Positions 1 through 10,920 are shown, counted from the stretch's first letter. The stretch: 64,000 bases of DNA from Nitrospirales bacterium (GCA_965223295.1 CBDCWC010000002.1:448001-512000), one strand, 5' to 3'. Notes: a model not told the origin generated them from the sequence alone. Numbers and translations: made by a program.

Positions 1-669
1 CCATTTTTGAACAAACAATCCGCGATTGCTCTAAGCTTGTTGCCGTCCACAAGAGGTGTGCAGGTGACGCTGAGTGCCTGGCGGCCCAAGAACTCAAAAA
101 CATCAAATTCCAAGAAAGCTTGGGTGTTTCCAGATGGAGAATCTCTGATCCGGCAGGTTCGAAAAGCTCTGAAGCCCTGGCTGTTTTCTGAGGGTGACAA
201 TACGATGGAAGAGGTGGTTGGAGAAATGTTGTCCAAGCACCAATGGACTGTTGCTTTGGCTGAATCCTGCACGGGCGGGCTTATTGCGCATCGTTTAACC
301 GAAGTGCCGGGGAGTTCACGATACTTAGATCGGGGTGTCGTCACGTATAGCAATCATGCCAAACAAAAATTGGCCGGAGTCTCTTCTACTCTGTTCCCAA
401 AATATGGTGCGGTGAGTGTTCAAGTCGCAGAAGCCATGGCCAAGGGGATTCGAACCAAAAGTGGTGTCGATCTTGGCGTGAGCGTCACGGGAATTGCCGG
501 GCCTGGTGGGGGATCTGTTAGAAAACCAGTCGGTCTGGTCTATATAGCAATTGATGGCCCTAAAGGTTCCCAATCGCAACGTTTTCAGTTTGGAGGAAAC
601 CGTACGGAAATTAAATTTCGTACTTCTCAAGCCGCCCTCAATATGATTCGGTGTTATTGTGTTGGATAA
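1..669 (+). CDS. cinA: CinA-like protein, C-terminal PncC/NMN deamidase domain (5'-truncated by window edge)
   Basis: AESCTGGLIAHRLT, GAVS..VAEAMA and SVTGIAGPGGG motifs; frame open from base 1; typical position upstream of thpR-recA. Confidence 0.92.
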   Translation, partial: PFLNKQSAIALSLLPSTRGVQVTLSAWRPKNSKTSNSKKAWVFPDGESLIRQVRKALKPWLFSEGDNTMEEVVGEMLSKHQWTVALAESCTGGLIAHRLTEVPGSSRYLDRGVVTYSNHAKQKLAGVSSTLFPKYGAVSVQVAEAMAKGIRTKSGVDLGVSVTGIAGPGGGSVRKPVGLVYIAIDGPKGSQSQRFQFGGNRTEIKFRTSQAALNMIRCYCVG

Positions 670-719
670 AATCTTTGCAAATGGCTCGATGGAAGAGGTG
701 CTGTGCCATCCACGAGTTC

Positions 720-790
720 GTCATGCCCGCGAAGGCGGGCATCCAGGATGCTTACAAATAACCCTGGATTCCCGTATTCACGGGAATGAC
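720..790. repeat. REP-like double-palindrome element (GTCATGCCCGCGAAGGCGGGCATCCAG...CTGGATTCCCGTATTCACGGGAATGAC)
   Basis: Two short hairpins in inverted arrangement in an intergenic gap; resembles the widespread GTCATTCCCGCG..GCGGGAATCCA REP class. Confidence 0.8.
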
Positions 791-851
791 AACAACGCGA
801 GAAATATCTTGAAGGTTCGCAACCTACAGACTTCCTGATGAAAGTGCGAAG

Positions 852-1436
852 ATGATCCGGGCTTTTGTTGCAGTAGAGCTCTCGTCTGATATTCGAGAAA
901 AACTTTCTGCTCTCCAAGGACAACTTAAGAAAGTATTGCCGCCGATGAATTGGGTGCACCCTGAATCAATTCATCTGACTTTAAAATTTTTGGGTTGGGT
1001 TGATTCTTCACGAGTCTCTCAGCTCCTGTCTGCTCTGGAGCTTATTGGAAATAGGCAGAACACGTTTTCATTGGAGATTCAACGTCTAGGGGTTTTTCCT
1101 TCTATCAAACGTCCTCGCATACTCTGGGTTGGGGTAACAGGACAGACACACATCATGCAACAGTTAGTCTTAGAAATTGAGGCAACTTTAGAGTCTCTCG
1201 GGTTTCCACCTGAAGAGAAACCCTATCATCCTCATCTCACTCTCGCCCGGATTAAACGAGACAATGCGCTTGTTGGAGCAGCATTGATAGAAAACAAGGT
1301 TTTGGAAGCAGAACAGTCGATTGGCCTCATGACTGTTGAAAAATTTCTCCTCTTTCAAAGTGACATTGATGCTTTCGGAGCCACATATACTCCGTTGGGA
1401 ACTGTCCAGTTGTCAGATAGTAATCCAGAGGCCTAA
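852..1436 (+). CDS. thpR: RNA 2',3'-cyclic phosphodiesterase (2H phosphoesterase)
   Basis: Two HxT motifs (IHLTLKFLG, PHLTLAR); RAFVAV N-terminus; cinA-thpR-recA synteny. Confidence 0.93.
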   Translation: MIRAFVAVELSSDIREKLSALQGQLKKVLPPMNWVHPESIHLTLKFLGWVDSSRVSQLLSALELIGNRQNTFSLEIQRLGVFPSIKRPRILWVGVTGQTHIMQQLVLEIEATLESLGFPPEEKPYHPHLTLARIKRDNALVGAALIENKVLEAEQSIGLMTVEKFLLFQSDIDAFGATYTPLGTVQLSDSNPEA

Positions 1437-1530
1437 AAGAGTTGCCCAAGAAAGGCATTTACCTGTTTGGGTGCGTCGGGTAAGATAGTCAGACCCTATT
1501 TTTCATTGATATTGAACCAAAGGAACATTG

Positions 1531-2628
1531 ATGGCTGATCGTACTGCGTCCCACAAAGAGAGTCCCAAAGACGGAAAGAAACAAGCATTGGATCTGGCTT
1601 TGACCCAAATTGAAAAACAATTTGGGAAAGGGGCTATTATGAAATTAGGGGGAGCTGAAGTTCCGGCTGATATTCCAGCAATTTCGACCGGCTCCTTGAC
1701 TCTGGATATGGCGTTAGGTATCGGAGGCTTGCCCCGTGGCCGAGTTATTGAAATCTATGGGCCAGAGTCGTCAGGAAAAACTACCTTGTGCTTGCATGCT
1801 ATTGCCGAAGCGCAAAAAGCCGGAGGAGCCGCCGCCTTTATCGATGCCGAACATGCATTGGATATTGCCTATGCCAAAAAGCTAGGGGTGGATACCGACG
1901 ACTTACTTATTGCACAGCCAGATACCGGTGAGCAGGCCTTAGAGATTGCGGAAACACTGGTTCGCAGTGGCGCCTTAGATATCATTGTCGTGGATTCCGT
2001 GGCGGCTTTAGTGCCGCGAGCAGAAATAGAAGGAGAGATGGGCGATTCCCATATGGGTTTGCAGGCTCGACTCATGTCGCAAGCGTTACGAAAATTAACG
2101 GGAGCAATTTCTAAGTCACAAGCTTCGCTGATCTTTATTAATCAGATTCGGATGAAAATTGGCGTGATGTTTGGTAATCCCGAAACGACTACGGGCGGCA
2201 ATGCCTTGAAATTTTATTCATCAGTCCGTTTGGATATTCGCCGAATCGAATCCATCAAAGAAGGGCAAGATGTGAAGGGCAGTCGGGTGCGAGTCAAAGT
2301 GGTGAAGAATAAAATGGCTCCACCATTCAAGCAGGCGGAATTTGATGTCATGTTTGCCGAAGGGATTTCTAAGGTCGGTGAGCTCGTCGATCTTGGAGTG
2401 GATCGTCGGATTATTGATAAGGCAGGAGCTTGGTATTCCTATAAGGAAGAACGCTTGGGCCAAGGGCGGGAAGCTGTGAAAAATTTCCTGAAAAGTAATC
2501 CAGATATCGCCGACACCATTGCCACCAAAATTCGAGAGAGTTTTGGGTTGGCGCCGAAGGGCGAAGATGCCCCGCCGGCCACGGTTTCGCGAGGTGATTC
2601 AAAAAAATCGGTTGGTGCAAAATCATAA
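1531..2628 (+). CDS. recA: Recombinase RecA
   Basis: [10 protein letters not shown]-loop, [14 protein letters not shown] signature. Confidence 0.99.
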   Translation: MADRTASHKESPKDGKKQALDLALTQIEKQFGKGAIMKLGGAEVPADIPAISTGSLTLDMALGIGGLPRGRVIEIYGPESSGKTTLCLHAIAEAQKAGGAAAFIDAEHALDIAYAKKLGVDTDDLLIAQPDTGEQALEIAETLVRSGALDIIVVDSVAALVPRAEIEGEMGDSHMGLQARLMSQALRKLTGAISKSQASLIFINQIRMKIGVMFGNPETTTGGNALKFYSSVRLDIRRIESIKEGQDVKGSRVRVKVVKNKMAPPFKQAEFDVMFAEGISKVGELVDLGVDRRIIDKAGAWYSYKEERLGQGREAVKNFLKSNPDIADTIATKIRESFGLAPKGEDAPPATVSRGDSKKSVGAKS

Positions 2629-2684
2629 CGAAGAAAAATATAATTTATTTCTTTAAGTTTTGAATTACAGTCAATGCCATTGCC

Positions 2685-5330
2685 ATGATTTCTACTTCTC
2701 TGGAACTACGCCAGGCCTTCCTCGACTACTTTAGTGAGCGAGGACATGCCGCCGTTCCCAGTGCCCCGCTAATTCCACAGGCAGACCCCACACTCCTCTT
2801 TACCAATGCGGGAATGAATCAATTTAAGCGCATTTTTTTGGGCGAAGACACGCGGCCCTACTCTAGGGCTGTGTCGATTCAAAAATGTATGAGGGCTGGT
2901 GGAAAGCATAATGATTTAGAAAACGTCGGCTTTACGCGGCGGCATCATACCTTTTTTGAAATGCTGGGCAATTTTTCCTTTGGCGATTATTTCAAAAAAG
3001 AGGCCATTGCGTTTGGTTGGGAATTTCTGACAAAAACCGCCGATCTTCCAGCCGATCGGTTGTGGGTCACGGTTTTTCGAGATGACCAAGAAGCCTATGA
3101 TTTATGGCACAAAGACATGGGCGTATCGGAGAATCGGCTAGCTCGGCTTGATGAAAAAGACAATTTTTGGCAGATGGGCGATACGGGTCCCTGCGGTCCC
3201 TGTTCGGAAATTCTCATCGATCAAGGTGAAGCGTTTGGTTGTGGGCAGGCCACATGTGCGGTGGGATGTGACTGTGACCGGTATCTGGAGATTTGGAATT
3301 TGGTGTTTATGCAGTTTGATCGAGATTCAACTGGAACTTTGAACCCACTACCCAAGCCGAGTATTGATACCGGGATGGGGCTGGAGCGTTTGGCAGCGGT
3401 TACTCAAGGAGTATCTTCGAATTATGACAGCGATATCTTTCAACCGCTTTTAGAGAACATTGCTAAAGCGACTGGCCATGAATATGGAACGGTCACGGAG
3501 CATGACCGCTCCATGCGTGTGATTGCGGATCATGTGCGAGCGATGACCTTTCTTATTTCTGATGGGGTGTTGCCGTCCAATGAAGGCCGAGGCTATGTGT
3601 TACGGCGTATCATGCGACGAGCTGCGCGACATGGGCGGTTGCTTGGAATGGAGCGCGAATTCTTGTTTGAATTCGTCCCCACCGTGGTTACACAGTTAGG
3701 GGCTACGTATCCAGAGTTGCGGCAAATGGCCGATACCGTGTCCGAGATCGTTCAGGGGGAAGAGGGCCGGTTTATAGGCACGTTGGAACAGGCCTTGCCC
3801 CTTCTCAATCAAATCTTGCAGGACACCAAGCTGCAGGGAAAGACTCTGGTCTCTGGGGATAAGGTCTTTAAGCTTTACGACACCTATGGGTTTCCTTTGG
3901 ATTTAGTGGAAGACGCGGCTCAAGAAGAAGGCCTGGCATTGGATCATTCCGGTTATCAGCAAGCGCTGGAGGGACAGCGGGAACGTGCCAGAAAAACCGC
4001 CAAATTTACGCAAGCGGCGTCTCGAGCAGATGTGGTGAAGGCCATTGAACAGTTTCCCGTAACGCAATTTGTGGGCTATAGCCAGACACAGGCTCAAGGT
4101 GTTCTCTTAGCCATGGTGAAGGGTGAACAGGTTGTCGATGAGTCCTATCAGGGAGAGGATGTGGAGTTTTTGCTAGATACCACTCCCTTTTATCCGGAGG
4201 GTGGGGGACAGGTTGGTGATCATGGAATGTTGGTTGGGCCTTCAGCCAGAATTCGTGTCACCGATACGACGAAACTCGGTAAGGGCTGGTTTCTTCACAA
4301 GGGACACATCACAGAGGGAGCCGTGCGTACAGGAGATTCTTTAACCGCCATGGTGGACGAGAGTCTGCGAGCCGATGCCGCTCGCAACCATACGGCCACA
4401 CATTTAATGCATGCGGCCTTGCGAGAAATACTTGGTCCTCATGTCAAACAGCATGGTTCTTTGGTGGCGCCCAATCGGCTGCGATTCGATTTCTCCCATT
4501 TCAAGGGTTTGGGTTCCCGACATATGGAAGATATCGAAAACATGGTCAATGAACAGATTCGTCTGAACACCTTGGTGCAATCTGAAGAAATGGGTATTCA
4601 GGATGCCTTGGGTCGCGGGGCTTTGGCGTTCTTTGGTGACAAATACGGGGACCAGGTGCGGGTTGTTGAGATTGGCGATTTTAGTAAAGAATTATGTGGA
4701 GGAACCCATTGCCAACGTACCGGTGATGTGGGAGTTTTTCGTTTAATGTCAGAAGGGGGTATAGCCGCAGGGGTGCGCCGCATTGAAGCGCTAACAGGTC
4801 ATGGTGCCTTACAGCATGATCAAAAGCGAAATAGCGAATGGGAAGAATTAGCCGGTCTGCTAAAAACCAGTCCACAAGAAGTTATCGAAAAAACAAAAAA
4901 ACTCTTGGCCTCATTAAAAGACGCTGAGCGGGCCTTAGCAGAGACTAGGCAAAAAGCCTTAGAGCAGCAAGGTGCAGGGCAAGAGGCCGTGGTAAGAGAA
5001 GTGAATGGAGTACCTGTGCTTGTTCAACGGATTGATGGGCTCAATATGCAGGAATTACGTATCTTTTCTGATAAACTGCGCCATAAAGTGATGTCGGGCC
5101 TCCTGGTCTTAGGTTCGGCCCACGAAGGAAAAGTTGCTTTATTAGTCATTGTGGGAAAAGATCGAACCAAACAGTTACAGGCTGGGAAGGTTGCCCAGCA
5201 TATTGCCAAGTTTGTTGGCGGATCAGGCGGAGGTCGGCCGGATATGGCGCAAGCTGGCGGCAATCAACCGGAACATCTCAATGCGGCTTTAGAAAAAGTC
5301 TATGACTATGTCGCGACTCAGCTTGGTTAA
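2685..5330 (+). CDS. alaS: Alanine--tRNA ligase
   Basis: DPTLLFTNAGMNQFK, HHTFFEMLGNFSFGDYFK, editing HTATH/ELCGGTH, GGGRPDMAQAGG. Confidence 0.99.
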   Translation: MISTSLELRQAFLDYFSERGHAAVPSAPLIPQADPTLLFTNAGMNQFKRIFLGEDTRPYSRAVSIQKCMRAGGKHNDLENVGFTRRHHTFFEMLGNFSFGDYFKKEAIAFGWEFLTKTADLPADRLWVTVFRDDQEAYDLWHKDMGVSENRLARLDEKDNFWQMGDTGPCGPCSEILIDQGEAFGCGQATCAVGCDCDRYLEIWNLVFMQFDRDSTGTLNPLPKPSIDTGMGLERLAAVTQGVSSNYDSDIFQPLLENIAKATGHEYGTVTEHDRSMRVIADHVRAMTFLISDGVLPSNEGRGYVLRRIMRRAARHGRLLGMEREFLFEFVPTVVTQLGATYPELRQMADTVSEIVQGEEGRFIGTLEQALPLLNQILQDTKLQGKTLVSGDKVFKLYDTYGFPLDLVEDAAQEEGLALDHSGYQQALEGQRERARKTAKFTQAASRADVVKAIEQFPVTQFVGYSQTQAQGVLLAMVKGEQVVDESYQGEDVEFLLDTTPFYPEGGGQVGDHGMLVGPSARIRVTDTTKLGKGWFLHKGHITEGAVRTGDSLTAMVDESLRADAARNHTATHLMHAALREILGPHVKQHGSLVAPNRLRFDFSHFKGLGSRHMEDIENMVNEQIRLNTLVQSEEMGIQDALGRGALAFFGDKYGDQVRVVEIGDFSKELCGGTHCQRTGDVGVFRLMSEGGIAAGVRRIEALTGHGALQHDQKRNSEWEELAGLLKTSPQEVIEKTKKLLASLKDAERALAETRQKALEQQGAGQEAVVREVNGVPVLVQRIDGLNMQELRIFSDKLRHKVMSGLLVLGSAHEGKVALLVIVGKDRTKQLQAGKVAQHIAKFVGGSGGGRPDMAQAGGNQPEHLNAALEKVYDYVATQLG

Positions 5331-5424
5331 AAGTCAATAGGCAACATTCTGCTACGTTATTTTTTTATCAAACTTGCCTCAGATTGAACCGAAAAGGGTT
5401 TCAAAGAGCGTAAGGAAGGGTAAG

Positions 5425-6441
5425 ATGAAGCTGTTCAGAAAACTGGCAATTGTGGGTCTGTTGACAGGGATTGTTGTCCTTCTCAGTATGTTAGTTTTTC
5501 TGGAATTCAATAGGCCTCTAGGAAATTCTCAGTCCGTGCAAATTGTTGATATTCCTCCCGGCACGGCCTTTACTCAAGTCTCGCACCTTCTTCATCAGCA
5601 AGGGTTTATCGAACCGGAGTGGTTTTTTCAGATGCTGGGGCGCGTTCAACAACTTGATCGAAAAATCATACCTGGTGAATATGAGCTCCATGCTGGTATG
5701 CGTCCAACAGAATTACTGGACAAGTTGGTCCGAGGAGAAGTGTACGAGCATTCTGTGACGATTCCGGAAGGCTATAACGTCGTGCAAATTGCGAATATTC
5801 TGGATCAGAAAGATTTAGCCGACAAACAAGAAATTCTCCGTCTGAATCGCGACCAAGCCTTTATTGAAAGTCTGAATATTCAGGCTAATTCGCTGGAGGG
5901 TTATTTGTTCCCTGATACCTATCGATTTGCCCGCTACACTCCACCAGAGGCTATTGTCCGAACGTTCGTGAGTCGTTTTCATGAAGTTGTGACGCCGGAA
6001 ATTCGTGCTCAAGCCAAATCAATGGGTATGACACTTCAGGAAGTGCTGACGCTGGCATCGGTTGTTGAAAAAGAAACAGGATTAGCTACGGAACGGGCAC
6101 TCGTCTCTGGCGTGTTTCACAATCGATTGCGAAAAAATATTCCACTCCAAAGTGATCCAACTGTCATCTATGCATTAGAGTATTTTGACGGAAATATTCG
6201 CAAAGCCGATCTTTCTGTCAATAGTCCGTACAATACCTATAAAGTAAGGGGTCTGCCTCCTGGGCCCATTGCGAATCCTGGTTTGGCTTCTATTCGAGCT
6301 GCCTTGTATCCAACTCCCAGTGATTTTGTGTATTTTGTTTCCCGCAACGATGGGAGTCATAAATTTTCTGTTACTTTGGCGGAACACAATAAGGCCGTGG
6401 ATAAATATCAACGGCGGCCACGTTCCAGAAAATCCTCGTAA
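5425..6441 (+). CDS. mltG: Endolytic transglycosylase MltG (YceG)
   Basis: N-terminal TM, LEGYLFPDTY, LASVVEKET, LQSDPTVIY, SPYNTY..GLPPGPIANPG. Confidence 0.96.
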   Translation: MKLFRKLAIVGLLTGIVVLLSMLVFLEFNRPLGNSQSVQIVDIPPGTAFTQVSHLLHQQGFIEPEWFFQMLGRVQQLDRKIIPGEYELHAGMRPTELLDKLVRGEVYEHSVTIPEGYNVVQIANILDQKDLADKQEILRLNRDQAFIESLNIQANSLEGYLFPDTYRFARYTPPEAIVRTFVSRFHEVVTPEIRAQAKSMGMTLQEVLTLASVVEKETGLATERALVSGVFHNRLRKNIPLQSDPTVIYALEYFDGNIRKADLSVNSPYNTYKVRGLPPGPIANPGLASIRAALYPTPSDFVYFVSRNDGSHKFSVTLAEHNKAVDKYQRRPRSRKSS

Positions 6442-6465
6442 AATTTCCCCCCACCGGTTACCTGC

Positions 6466-6930
6466 ATGACTATTACCGAAAATCTCCAGCGACTAGGAGT
6501 CACATTACCTTCAGCACCACGACCAGTCGGGTCATATGTCCCTGCCTGTCAAGCAGGGGATTTGGTCTTTGTCAGTGGTGTTTTACCATTTCAGGATGAA
6601 AAGATTCTTCAGCCTGGCAAAGTCGGTCGAGAGTTATCGATCGAAGAGGGAAAGGTTAATGCCCGAATTGCCATCATCAATACGTTGGCGATTCTGCAAC
6701 AGGAGCTTGGGGATTTATCTCGCGTCAAACGCGTCGTGCGATTGACGGGTCATGTAGCATCAGCAGAAGGGTTTGCCGATCAACCGACTGTGATTAATGG
6801 GGCGTCAGATTTCCTTGTGGAGATCTTTGGAGAAAAAGGGCGACATGCACGGTTGGCACTTGGAGCATTTGAATTGCCGCTCCACGCTTCCATAGAACTC
6901 GAACTCATCGTTCAAATCTCCCTAACCTAA
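6466..6930 (+). CDS. RidA/YjgF family protein
   Basis: LVFVSGVLP, VINGASDFL.EIFG..GRHAR.A.G...LP. Confidence 0.9.
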   Translation: MTITENLQRLGVTLPSAPRPVGSYVPACQAGDLVFVSGVLPFQDEKILQPGKVGRELSIEEGKVNARIAIINTLAILQQELGDLSRVKRVVRLTGHVASAEGFADQPTVINGASDFLVEIFGEKGRHARLALGAFELPLHASIELELIVQISLT

Positions 6931-7052
6931 CCTAATCTGATCTGTTCAAAATACTTTTCTTTTCCAGTTCCTAATTTTTGACAAAACGCATAGAATGTTT
7001 CTTGGTAAGGATCTTAGACTACCACATGAGGCTGTCTGCGACAGAACCGAAT

Positions 7053-7877
7053 TTATTGTGAGTCTGTGGTCTGAAGCTGTCGAATTTCTTCCGCTTGTTC
7101 ATCCACTTTTTTCTGCAAATTCAGTAATTGTTTCTGAAGTATCTCGATATCTGAAGAGTTTTCTTTCTCGAGATAATCGATGGTGGGAGGGAACAGTGCT
7201 TCTTCTTCTGATAATGCTTCTTTTGATGGTTTGGTTGAATAGTTGATAGCGATCCAAGAATCCGTTTGAGAAAATTTCATAAAACGTTGAGCGGCTTCTG
7301 TGGAAAGGATGGCCTCTTTGTTGGAATACAGAATCCTCGTGGTTCTCTGGAGATTTTTTGAAGAAGTCGAAGTTTTAGATGCCTTGATTGGATGATTCCT
7401 AGAATTTTTCAACGTCAGAACCATAATGGTCGGTGAGAAGATTGAAATGGTCCCGTCCACGGGTACGATGTCTTCATTTTCCCCTGCACATTGAAATGTT
7501 ACCAGCTCATCAGGTGTTGCTCGAGAAATGGCTTGAGCAAGGTGGGGAACTAAGAAATCAATCTGGGTGGAAGAGAAAACGGGGAGTGAAGTGGAGCTAG
7601 AAAAAAAAAGTTCTTGGAGGATACCCTTTTCCTGGATTTGAGAGAATTCTTTTAGGATATTCTTTAAGAGAGATTCTGTGAAAGTGTGAGGATGATTGGG
7701 CAAAAGAGTAAAGAGTTTGGATGTTTCTAATGCGACGCGGCCTTTCGGGCTTTGATGAATAAGAGTTTCGATTTCAGGTGTCCAAGAACATTGAATCGTC
7801 AAGAAAAGAAAGAGGGCCAATGTTCCACTCGGTTTGAGAACAGAAAAGAATCTAGATGAGAAAAGTGGAGTCTTCAA
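7053..7877 (-). CDS. Hypothetical lipoprotein with C-terminal coiled coil
   Basis: Hydrophobic segment ending TIQC; 274-aa open frame; coiled-coil tail. Confidence 0.6.
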   Translation of the reverse strand: MKTPLFSSRFFSVLKPSGTLALFLFLTIQCSWTPEIETLIHQSPKGRVALETSKLFTLLPNHPHTFTESLLKNILKEFSQIQEKGILQELFFSSSTSLPVFSSTQIDFLVPHLAQAISRATPDELVTFQCAGENEDIVPVDGTISIFSPTIMVLTLKNSRNHPIKASKTSTSSKNLQRTTRILYSNKEAILSTEAAQRFMKFSQTDSWIAINYSTKPSKEALSEEEALFPPTIDYLEKENSSDIEILQKQLLNLQKKVDEQAEEIRQLQTTDSQ

Positions 7878-8008
7878 AAGAGAGGCAGGTCTTTAAATGC
7901 GAATGAGGTTTAGATCAATGGGATGCGTGAATAAACCGAATGATGAGGCAACGAGAAAGTTGTTGGTATCGAGCACAAAAATATTGGCAGCCCCAATACA
8001 CACAAACT

Positions 8009-8758
8009 TTATTTTGGCTTGATCCCGCAAGCTCTGGCTATGCCATCTTGATAGCGCCCCCATAATTTGAGGGATTCTTCTAAGTGAGAAAGGAGCATCT
8101 GTTGTTGATCTCCCTCAGTGCTATGATGAACGATCATATCGTAGATGACTTTTCTAGCCCCGGGCTCAAACATGTGCTCTGCGCGAATATAATCCATAGC
8201 TTCTAACGATAGGCCATGGTGTTGGACGAGCGCGTCCTTTTTGATTAAATCTTCAATCTCAGCTTGGTTTTGTGCAGGAGTGGGATATAAAACTTCTTCG
8301 GGGTCGCTGGATGTTCCCTTAATAAAGATCGTTAAAACGGCGGCTCCCAAGGTCCAATCATCTGCTTGGCAAATCGTATTGAGCCATTCGCGATAGAGTC
8401 GGCTTGGTCCCAATAACTCCACATCTCGAAAACCCGCTCGATTGAAACCAAGTCCGTTCATCATTTGTAGGAATAATTCCTGGTGGGGTCGGCCAAGAGA
8501 AAACCCGCCGGTTTCTTCCTCATAAATAATTGTGGCAAGGCGTCGGCGAGCTTCCCATGGAGGGTTTTTCCCAAGAATTTGTGCGAGGAGAATAGAAAAA
8601 TCGCGAATATACACGACGTATTCTTGGTGAAAAAAAATATTTAATTGTTTTTTTGTGATTGTGTTACTTTGAAAGAGAGCGGTTGCCCAATGTTGTTTGC
8701 GGCGCAACACATCAAAAATGCGGTCGCGGAACTGTTCGGGAGAAAGTGTCCTCGGCAT
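8009..8758 (-). CDS. Heme-oxygenase-like (PqqC/CADD/TenA) helical protein
   Basis: EEETG....H.ELF..M..GLG motif typical of PqqC/CADD-like proteins. Confidence 0.7.
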   Translation of the reverse strand: MPRTLSPEQFRDRIFDVLRRKQHWATALFQSNTITKKQLNIFFHQEYVVYIRDFSILLAQILGKNPPWEARRRLATIIYEEETGGFSLGRPHQELFLQMMNGLGFNRAGFRDVELLGPSRLYREWLNTICQADDWTLGAAVLTIFIKGTSSDPEEVLYPTPAQNQAEIEDLIKKDALVQHHGLSLEAMDYIRAEHMFEPGARKVIYDMIVHHSTEGDQQQMLLSHLEESLKLWGRYQDGIARACGIKPK

Positions 8759-8892
8759 TGACGTCTGAATGAGAAGATGAAATGTTCCTGAATGACTAAG
8801 GGAAGGTGATCCTGAGTGGCGCTAATAACTTAAACGTTGCGACGGCGTATTCATTAAGCATAGAATATCACATATTTAGTCTATCTGTAACC

Positions 8893-9177
8893 ATGCAACC
8901 AATTAGTATTGCTGATCCAGACAGTATTTTGGAATTGTTAGCCCACGTGTCCCTGAGGGGGCCCGGGCTGATAACTGAAAATCTCATGGAATACATTATG
9001 GATGAGGGGTTTATGGAACCCACATATCTTAGTGCAAAGGGGGAAGATCCTGAAGCTTACTATAAAGGGGAAGCAAATGCCTGGGCGGTCTATCAGGTGC
9101 GGGAATGGAAGCGAGTGTTGATTATTTCAGGCGGTGCTGGGAAGGAACGAAGGATGCAAATAACGGAAACACCCTAG
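8893..9177 (+). CDS. Small acidic hypothetical protein
   Basis: Plausible protein composition, fills intergenic gap. Confidence 0.55.
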   Translation: MQPISIADPDSILELLAHVSLRGPGLITENLMEYIMDEGFMEPTYLSAKGEDPEAYYKGEANAWAVYQVREWKRVLIISGGAGKERRMQITETP

Positions 9178-9242
9178 GGTAGTAAGGCTGTGGCATCGCT
9201 TGTTCAGCGAATGCTTGAGTGAAAACCTGTTTTGAGGGTAAG

Positions 9243-9632
9243 TTAGTACCATCCGCCCAACAGTTTCCCTTCTTCAAAATATAAATACCGGTGTTTGATG
9301 GTACTGGAATCAATCCAATCCTCATAGACCCATTCTTCTCGTCGGATGCCCTTATCGGTATAGCTGACATTCATTTGGTAGGGAGAACCCCAGGCCTTCA
9401 TGACCTGTTCGCGGCTCATTCCAGCCATGACAGCTTTATCCTGAACATGTTGCTCGCCGGTAGGGTCCAAGTATCGAGGGATAATGCCCCAGCCGAGCAT
9501 CCAGAGAGCAAACGCTCCGAGCACGCAATACAGGGCAAGCCGAACTGGCCGACGGCAGATCCAGGGAGTTGGAATTGTGCTGGAAGGTTGGTCGTCGGAT
9601 GCTTGGGTGTTTAGTGGGTAGGGAGCGGCCAT
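9243..9632 (-). CDS. Membrane-anchored protein with SmpA/BamE-like domain
   Basis: One TM helix then GMSREQV..AWGSP...EEWVY...YLYFEEGKL pattern. Confidence 0.6.
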   Translation of the reverse strand: MAAPYPLNTQASDDQPSSTIPTPWICRRPVRLALYCVLGAFALWMLGWGIIPRYLDPTGEQHVQDKAVMAGMSREQVMKAWGSPYQMNVSYTDKGIRREEWVYEDWIDSSTIKHRYLYFEEGKLLGGWY

Positions 9633-9723
9633 CAGATAAGTCTTGTCTGTTCTAGATCTTTGAATTTGTCTAGTAGAACTCACTCTATCAGTGGGTTTGA
9701 AAATGGGTCAAGGGAATGATTTC

Positions 9724-10098
9724 ATGTTTCTTGAAGTTGAAAATAATCCAAATTTTGATGGGTCCTATTTTGTTCGATTTAACGAACTCGGACCTCCTCG
9801 GCTCTTAACGCACATCAAGTCGTATGAACGGCGCTCAAGGGGAGAATGGTGTCAGGTCGTCGGATGGTGTGATGATCCTGAACAACCCCTGTGTCCTGCG
9901 TATGCACAGAAAGTGGAAGATTCTGGCGCGGGAACGGCGTTTATTGTCTTTGGTGGGAATTGGGGGATCCGTTTAAAGCCGGAAGACCATACCGGAGAAT
10001 GGAATCTTTATGATGATGAGCAATGGGGAGAAGGCTATTTATCGATTGGAGAAGAGCGCGACCTTCGATTTGTCTCGCTTGACGAAAGCAACTTGTAG
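9724..10098 (+). CDS. Hypothetical protein
   Basis: Trp/Gly/Cys-rich open frame; start uncertain (9703 or 9724). Confidence 0.6.
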   Translation: MFLEVENNPNFDGSYFVRFNELGPPRLLTHIKSYERRSRGEWCQVVGWCDDPEQPLCPAYAQKVEDSGAGTAFIVFGGNWGIRLKPEDHTGEWNLYDDEQWGEGYLSIGEERDLRFVSLDESNL

Positions 10099-10110
10099 AA
10101 GAACGGTGTG

Positions 10111-10920
10111 TCAATCTTCATATTCTGGACGGGGAATTGATTTCTTTGTTGGGGGTTTCACGGGTTGTTGTTGAAAGTCTTCGGAAAAAGGGTTCATGAT
10201 GGATTCGTGGGTTAATCGTTGTTGACGTTGGACAAGCTGGAGACTTTGCGTGCCAATTTCTAAACGGTCAATTGGAGTGTGACTTGAAAGGCTAGTGGGA
10301 ATCCCATTAATGGCAAACATTTGGTAGGCTAAGGACCATGATAACTTTTCCTTCTCTCGTTCTCTCACGATAAATGAGGCTTCAGGCGAGGGTGGGCCTT
10401 TAAACACTAATACCCATAAATTTGATCGAAACGCGGGAGCTGCTCTATCCGAAGGGGGTAAAAATTCAGGTACGAGAGATTGAATCGTATCTAATGGGAC
10501 TGCCGGGGAGAACTCAATTTCACAACGCTGCACATAGAGTGTTGGAAAGTCTTTGCCCTCGTTACGGTCGGGAATATAGGTAAACGAATAGCGAACCTGG
10601 ACACCATTTCGTGTGTAGGTGTACACATCTTCCCCATTTTCAGGTGACACTAGGTTTTTGAAATATTTTTGCCAATCTGCAAATGTGTAATAACTAAAGA
10701 CCCGCAACGCGGCTTTTCGAGAGCGCACAGCCATTGGCGTTCCCAGTTTGGCGCGTAATTCTTCTTGTGTGAGCCCCAAGAATCCATCTTCAAAATATGG
10801 GTTGGCAGAGGCATTGGAAGGAGCGTTTGTGCTAGCGACGAAGCAGAGTAGAAGCGACAAGATGAGAAGAGAGAGCTGAGAAATGGGTTTTTGGTAAATA
10901 GTATTTGGCATTGGCATCAC
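10111..10920 (-). CDS. Secreted hypothetical protein
   Basis: Signal-peptide-like N-terminus (ASA cleavage), GLTQEELRAKLGTP motif. Confidence 0.65.
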   Translation of the reverse strand: MMPMPNTIYQKPISQLSLLILSLLLCFVASTNAPSNASANPYFEDGFLGLTQEELRAKLGTPMAVRSRKAALRVFSYYTFADWQKYFKNLVSPENGEDVYTYTRNGVQVRYSFTYIPDRNEGKDFPTLYVQRCEIEFSPAVPLDTIQSLVPEFLPPSDRAAPAFRSNLWVLVFKGPPSPEASFIVREREKEKLSWSLAYQMFAINGIPTSLSSHTPIDRLEIGTQSLQLVQRQQRLTHESIMNPFSEDFQQQPVKPPTKKSIPRPEYED

